A model generated the notes under the pieces. It was not told where the DNA came from. It saw only the letters and a list, made by a program, of their open reading frames with translations, and ran no database searches. A program made the translations under genes and the position numbers. 64,000 nucleotides of DNA from Clostridia bacterium (lineage in GTDB: Bacteria > Bacillota > Clostridia > Oscillospirales > CAG-272): positions 3,190 to 67,189 of the forward strand of contig JAGBAS010000093.1 of the NCBI GenBank assembly GCA_017938885.1. Reading direction: 5' to 3'. Below, piece by piece: positions 60,336 to 64,000 of the stretch (the first letter of the stretch is position 1; the number at the start of each line of letters is the position of its first letter).

Positions 60336-61205
60336 ATGAACAGAGCAGAAGCGGTTCGCCGTGGCAATATCATCTCAACTTGTTGGAACGGTGAGCATAC
60401 CGTCGGATGTTATCTGGGTAACGGGCGATTCGGGGCGATCTTGTCCGGCTTGGGATTGAATCTGCATCCGGAATTTCAGAAGGACCGTTCCTTTGGCCCC
60501 TCCCACTTCAAGCACATGGACCATTGGGGAAGATTCCGCTTTTTTTCCAACCACGTGCAACAGGAAAGCAGTGCGGATTACCTGCTCCCGCTGTTTCGCC
60601 TCCACTGGGAAAGGAATTTTGACCGGATCGGTGCGTACAGGCAATGCCACGATCTGTATGACGGCTTGCTGGATACGGCATTTCAGACCGATCCTTTGCA
60701 CAGCATCCACACGACCGCATGGTTCGACGGGGTAAAACGGAATATCTTCGGTGTGACGGTCGAGGTGGGGGAAAACGACGGGTTTTCCGAACGGATCTGC
60801 CTGTCGTCCCTGACACCCATTTCTCCGTATTGGGTCTGCGGCGGCTCCTATGTCCAGCATACGGTGGTGGAGCGGGTCGGAGAGGAATGGCGGATGGCCA
60901 TTACCTGTGAAGGAACCGAAAATGACAACACGGTAAGCCTGTATATCGCCACCAATATGGAGGCGGAGGTAGCTGAAGCAGGGTTGATCTTTCGTCCTTT
61001 ACCCGGCCGAAGCTATCTGCTGCTCTCTGTCGATGCGCCGATCGACGGCGACACGCCCGACGCGTCCTTGGAGCGTACGAAAGCGTGGTGGCACAAGACC
61101 TGGCAGGAGATCGGCTGGATCGAGTATCCCGATGACCAGATGCAGAAGGTACTGGTGAATGGGGTTGGTCATAGTCTCATAAGAGGCGTTACTGACATTC
61201 CGTAA
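60336..61205 (+). CDS. N-terminal part of a glycoside-hydrolase-like protein, truncated at the 45-bp repeat
   Basis: CYLGNGRFGAILSG is the N-terminal motif type seen in GH95/GH65-like enzymes. The last 16 codons or so (NGVGHSLIRGVTDIP*) are encoded by the 45-bp repeat, and an IS66 remnant follows. Confidence 0.5.
   Translation: MNRAEAVRRGNIISTCWNGEHTVGCYLGNGRFGAILSGLGLNLHPEFQKDRSFGPSHFKHMDHWGRFRFFSNHVQQESSADYLLPLFRLHWERNFDRIGAYRQCHDLYDGLLDTAFQTDPLHSIHTTAWFDGVKRNIFGVTVEVGENDGFSERICLSSLTPISPYWVCGGSYVQHTVVERVGEEWRMAITCEGTENDNTVSLYIATNMEAEVAEAGLIFRPLPGRSYLLLSVDAPIDGDTPDASLERTKAWWHKTWQEIGWIEYPDDQMQKVLVNGVGHSLIRGVTDIP
61156..61200. repeat. 45-bp direct repeat, copy 2 (partner at 1715-1759)
   Basis: tgaatggggttggtcatAgtctcataagaggcgttactgacattc. 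Confidence 0.9.
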
Positions 61206-61236
61206 CTGGGTGTTAACTTTCGATTGAGCTTTGATT

Positions 61237-61593
61237 TCAGTATAATACTCCGGGTTTGCTTTCCCGTATAGCTTTGGGCTGTTCGATCTCCAGCCCCTCC
61301 AAAAGCAAGCGGATCTCCTACTCGGTGAGGAGTCTTGCCTCGGTCTCGTTTCGAGACCAGCGGAAGGCACCGTTATCCAGCCGTATATACAGGAGCAGGA
61401 ACCCGTCTCCTTCCCAGAGTAGACCTTTGATGCGGTCCCGTCTGCGACCACAGAACAAATACAGACTCTTGTTGAAGGGATCCAAAGACAAACTGCCTTG
61501 CACTACAGCGGCAAATCCCTCGATCCCCTTCCTCAAGTCGCTGTAGCCTGTGACAAGGTACACGGCGGTGGATTGCGTTAATTCCCTCAGCAT
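61237..61593 (-). pseudogene. tnpB: IS66 Orf2 (TnpB) with an in-frame TAG
   Basis: LVTGYSDLRKGIEGFAAVVQGSLSLDPFNKSLYLFCGRRRDRIKGLLWEGDGFLLLYIRLDNGAFRW is the IS66 Orf2 signature. After the TAG at 61318-61320 the frame continues EIRLLLEGLEIEQP, the conserved LLEG tail of the family. Confidence 0.75.
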
Positions 61594-61979
61594 GACCGCA
61601 ACGCCTCAATAACTGCTCTCAGCGCCGATGGAAACGTTTCTCCGACAAACGAGATCCGAAGATCTCCGCTGACGATCTCAACGCGGCTTTCGGAGACGAT
61701 CTCTGCGCCCATGCGTATGGGCACGACCTGTTGTTTGCTCGATGATCCCGACGGCAATTCGGGTAATAGCCCCGCGCTCCGGCACAGATGCTCCCGAACC
61801 TTTCTCAATCTGTAGTAATACGTAGTTTTGCTGATCCCCTGCTGCTCGCAATAGGCGGCTATACTGAGTCCGGCTGCTTGTCTGTTTTCAATATCCTTTT
61901 TCCACCGATCTAACTGAACCCGTTCCTTGATTTCCGCAATGGCCTTAGTGGCAGGAGTCTGCTCTTTCTTGTTATTCAT
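61587..61979 (-). CDS. tnpA: IS66 Orf1 (TnpA-like HTH protein)
   Basis: MNNKKEQTPATKAIAEIKERVQLDRWKKDIENRQAAGLSIAAYCEQQGISKTTYYYRLRKV. GGAGG RBS 7 nt upstream of the ATG at 61979. Confidence 0.65.
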   Translation of the reverse strand: MNNKKEQTPATKAIAEIKERVQLDRWKKDIENRQAAGLSIAAYCEQQGISKTTYYYRLRKVREHLCRSAGLLPELPSGSSSKQQVVPIRMGAEIVSESRVEIVSGDLRISFVGETFPSALRAVIEALRSC

Positions 61980-62021
61980 GTACGTTCCCTCCGATATTTT
62001 TGTATGGTACAATCCGCTCTG

Positions 62022-62064
62022 ATTGGAGCAGTTTGAAGTACAGGTTACTTCAAACTGCTCCAAT
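62022..62064. repeat. Perfect 19-bp inverted repeat with a 5-nt loop, upstream of IS66 orf1
   Basis: attggagcagtttgaagta-caggt-tacttcaaactgctccaat. Confidence 0.85.
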
Positions 62065-62241
62065 TGGACGGTTTTGTACTATTATACCTGAGGTTGACGC
62101 GTAAGAGTAGACGGGGGGTTATTTGGAGCTTACGATATGTGGTCATGCAAGGCTGATTTGATTTATACATAAACACAAAAGGGAGCTTTACGACTCCCTA
62201 ATGTTATGTCATACTGTAAGAACGCGCTGGCGGGGCATTAT

Positions 62242-62496
62242 TTACTTGCCTTCATTCTCTAAAAAAGCTAATAGTGCTTGGCCTTCTATAGACAGCGATA
62301 GTGCTTGAGCCGCTGTTTTTATATATTTAATGATTGGTGTTTTTAGGGACATTATTTGACACACAAGCCCCTGCTTCAAATGTACATCATCATGTTTACC
62401 ATTAACATTAATAACAGCCGCTAGCATCTTTATATTATTATTCACGCCCATGTATCTTTCTATTACTAAAAGGTTAGTAATAGTGTTCCCTTGCAT
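62242..62496 (-). CDS. Hypothetical small protein in an AT-rich insert
   Basis: 84-aa ORF in a segment visibly more AT-rich than its surroundings. It starts about 20 nt after the terminator of unit e. The RBS is weak. Confidence 0.3.
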   Translation of the reverse strand: MQGNTITNLLVIERYMGVNNNIKMLAAVINVNGKHDDVHLKQGLVCQIMSLKTPIIKYIKTAAQALSLSIEGQALLAFLENEGK

Positions 62497-62517
62497 ATAT
62501 TCGGATACCCCAACACG

Positions 62518-62650
62518 AGAAAAGGACCGAACAACAACGTGTTCAATTTAGGTCCTTTTGTGGCGGAAATGGGGGAATGCCATTCATGTACACAACATCC
62601 CATACTCCTTAAGATGGCTATATTATATCACAGAAATCCTTCCCTGTCAA
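62518..62650 (-). ncRNA. Candidate small transcription unit (e): consensus promoter, conserved box, intrinsic terminator
   Basis: Minus strand: TTGACA (62645-50), N17, TGaTATAAT (62622-30), ccttaaggag..., ATGAATGGCATTCCCCCATTTCCGCCA, a hairpin (ggaccgaacaaca / tgttcaatttaggtcc), then a T-run. Confidence 0.45.
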
Positions 62651-62885
62651 CAGATTCTTCCCACCGTCGCCCCGCGGGGAATCACTCTTCCGCTTGCCTT
62701 TTCTTCCACATCGCCGCCGCGATCACATCGTTCACATTGTCTTGCTTGATGGTAGCAGGATACTTCTTGATCATTTCAGCAAGCGCTGCCCTCGCAGCCC
62801 GTTCATCCTCGCTGAGCTCCACGAACAGGGCAGAGAGATCCTCGCAGGCAAGGATCCTCTGCCATTATTTTAACTTAATGGCATT

Positions 62886-62950
62886 GCCGACGAGCGGTGT
62901 CTTTTTTATTGGCGGAGGGTGTGGGACGTAAAACGACTCATTCGAATCAT
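62886..62950 (-). repeat. Hairpin+GGCGGAG module, subtype 2 (j), with the left hairpin arm truncated
   Basis: gccgacgagcggtgtcttttttattggcggagggtgtgggacgtaaaacgactcattcgaatcat is collinear with 32033-32098 but lacks the aagacac left arm. It lies in the 3' UTR of 63004-64000. Confidence 0.65.
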
Positions 62951-63003
62951 TCATATTCTACAATTCTGACCTAAACCCCAAGACAAGCTGTATAAGGGAA
63001 CCT

Positions 63004-64000
63004 CTAATCTTGAATTGAATCATTAGTCAGCACCAAATTCAGCCTCACATCCCGAATGTCTACACGATCTCGAATTGCCTTTGCAATGTAATATCCTGCG
63101 TTTTCTCCCATTTGTGCACAGTTTCCCGTGACGCGGTAAGATGCCATTGCTTCTCGAGAACCTGAAATACATCTGCCTGCCACAACGATTCCGTCGTATC
63201 CCTTCGGAATCAAAGCTCGCATCGGGATGTCATAAGGTTTTACATTGAAACATTTTTGCCCCTTATTGGCTTTCGTATGAAAATCTACGTTAAATGTTAC
63301 ACGAGCCACGGGATCGTGAAACCGTGATCCATTCAATATATCGTCAAGCGTCATATAGTATTCGCCGATGATCCGTCTGGATTCTCTGACTCCCAGCATG
63401 GCAGACGATGTAATTAACTCCAGATCATGAAATTCTTCATCGTATGCTTTCAAAAATTCAAAAGCGTCGATGATCTGCGCTCTGCCCTCCATGGTTGCCT
63501 CCGTTAGGGCTTTGGCACACAAGGGATCATAATCATACATATGTGTAAATTGGACGACGCCAAAATGGGAGTGAGGCACGGGGATCAGGTACGGAACTTT
63601 GAAAGGGATCTGCTTGCCGGCTTTCTCGTAGGCCGCCCCCAATTTTTCATAGAGCATCAAGCCGTTTCTGTATTTTTCGGGGATGTTGCCGACCAAAAAC
63701 ATTAAGGTCATTGCCTGGCAGGCGGTGTAATCCCCGTTTTCACCCAATTCAAACGAACAGCCCGCATTGGCCGCCACGTTTCCGTCTCCCGTACAGTCCA
63801 CGATCATTTTTGCCATGACAGCGAAACGTCCACTGATATTTTCTGCAATGATCCCATAAACTCTTTTTTGTTCGACCAGCGTTCGAGAATACGTTGTATT
63901 ATATAAAACCTCCACATTGGCTTCCTGCATTTTTCGTTCCAGAATTCTCTTCATATACTCGTAATTAAAACTCATATTGCCAAAGCCGCCAAACTGATTG
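63004..64000 (-). CDS. FAD-dependent oxidoreductase (FAD_oxidored-type), C-terminal part; the 5' end lies beyond the right window edge
   Basis: IVDCTGDGNVAANAGCSFELGENGDYTACQAMTLMF... The frame stays open upstream of the tracked Met to the window end (NQFGGFGN-MSF), and no GxGxxG is seen yet. The GC content is lower than in the main region. Confidence 0.65.
   Translation of the reverse strand, partial: NQFGGFGNMSFNYEYMKRILERKMQEANVEVLYNTTYSRTLVEQKRVYGIIAENISGRFAVMAKMIVDCTGDGNVAANAGCSFELGENGDYTACQAMTLMFLVGNIPEKYRNGLMLYEKLGAAYEKAGKQIPFKVPYLIPVPHSHFGVVQFTHMYDYDPLCAKALTEATMEGRAQIIDAFEFLKAYDEEFHDLELITSSAMLGVRESRRIIGEYYMTLDDILNGSRFHDPVARVTFNVDFHTKANKGQKCFNVKPYDIPMRALIPKGYDGIVVAGRCISGSREAMASYRVTGNCAQMGENAGYYIAKAIRDRVDIRDVRLNLVLTNDSIQD

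Larger units (their letters stand above)
61237..62100 (-). mobile_element. IS66-family remnant (orf1 + orf2 only; the transposase orf3 and one end are missing)
   Basis: The orf1/orf2 pair overlaps by 7 nt. Only 36 nt separate the end of orf2 from the 45-bp repeat, so there is no TnpC gene. Confidence 0.7.

Noticed and set aside
2391-61320. Stop-codon reassignment as the explanation for in-frame TAA (2391, 30683) and TAG (61318)
   Set aside because: TAA and TGA each terminate well-supported long genes here (for example TAA at 3152 and 8074, TGA at 4671 and 10216). The affected genes also show other signs of decay. Pseudogenisation or sequencing error is the simpler explanation.
3062-62568. 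tRNA genes or tRNA 3' halves at the CTCCGCCA boxes
   Set aside because: CTCCGCCA looks like a tRNA-Ser or tRNA-Leu acceptor end with CCA, and copy f reads GAGAATCCTACTCCCTCCGCC. I could not fold a T-arm, anticodon arm or D-arm in any copy, and no complementary 5' acceptor strand lies 70-90 nt upstream. At most this is a decayed relic, so it is not called as tRNA.
62689-62870. Short minus-strand coding fragment (...EDLSALFVELSEDERAARAALAEMIKKYPATIKQDNV...)
   Set aside because: It looks like the C-terminus of a real protein, but a stop lies immediately upstream, there is no start codon, and I recognise no family. It is mentioned only as debris.

Overview
GC-rich (about 55-60% by eye) accessory region of Gram-positive, Clostridia-like type, inferred from lipobox signals, GGAG ribosome-binding sites, BspA-type LRRs and Listeria-Bacteroides repeats. 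Almost all genes are on the minus strand. The content is mainly very large secreted or lipoprotein glycan-active and adhesin-like proteins. These are a GH2 fragment, a GH51-like enzyme, GH31+PA14, DUF4091, and two paralog pairs of family-unassigned TIM-barrel glycosidase-like proteins carrying CBM, discoidin or PA14 modules. There is also a 2227-aa LRR protein with about 28 Cys/His repeats and a 2031-aa metallophosphoesterase-vWA protein. Five AraC-family regulator genes are present, two of them decayed. Mobile-DNA and gene debris includes three truncated large-serine-recombinase genes, an IS66 remnant, and ilvD and LysR fragments. Five things deserve a second look. (1) A compact, translationally coupled cassette at 50289-52746: a 79-aa Cys-rich precursor, an HPr-kinase-like protein, a radical-SAM/SPASM enzyme and a PqqD-like protein. 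It sits 35 bp downstream of the giant vWA protein and is a candidate new RiPP system. (2) A type I membrane protein at 39400-41793 with an extracellular beta-helix plus Flg_new ectodomain and a C-terminal cytoplasmic LuxR/GerE HTH. (3) A shared C-terminal GC[GSK]S - TM helix - basic cluster signal on four surface proteins, with no sorting enzyme in the window. (4) A family of at least 10 intergenic hairpin+GGCGGAG modules. Three of them are complete units: consensus promoter, conserved box, intrinsic terminator. (5) A 45-bp direct repeat (44/45) at 1715-1759 and 61156-61200 that brackets nearly the whole region at two decayed gene junctions. I found no rRNA, tRNA or CRISPR array. Family calls come from reading translated motifs only, because no searches could be run.
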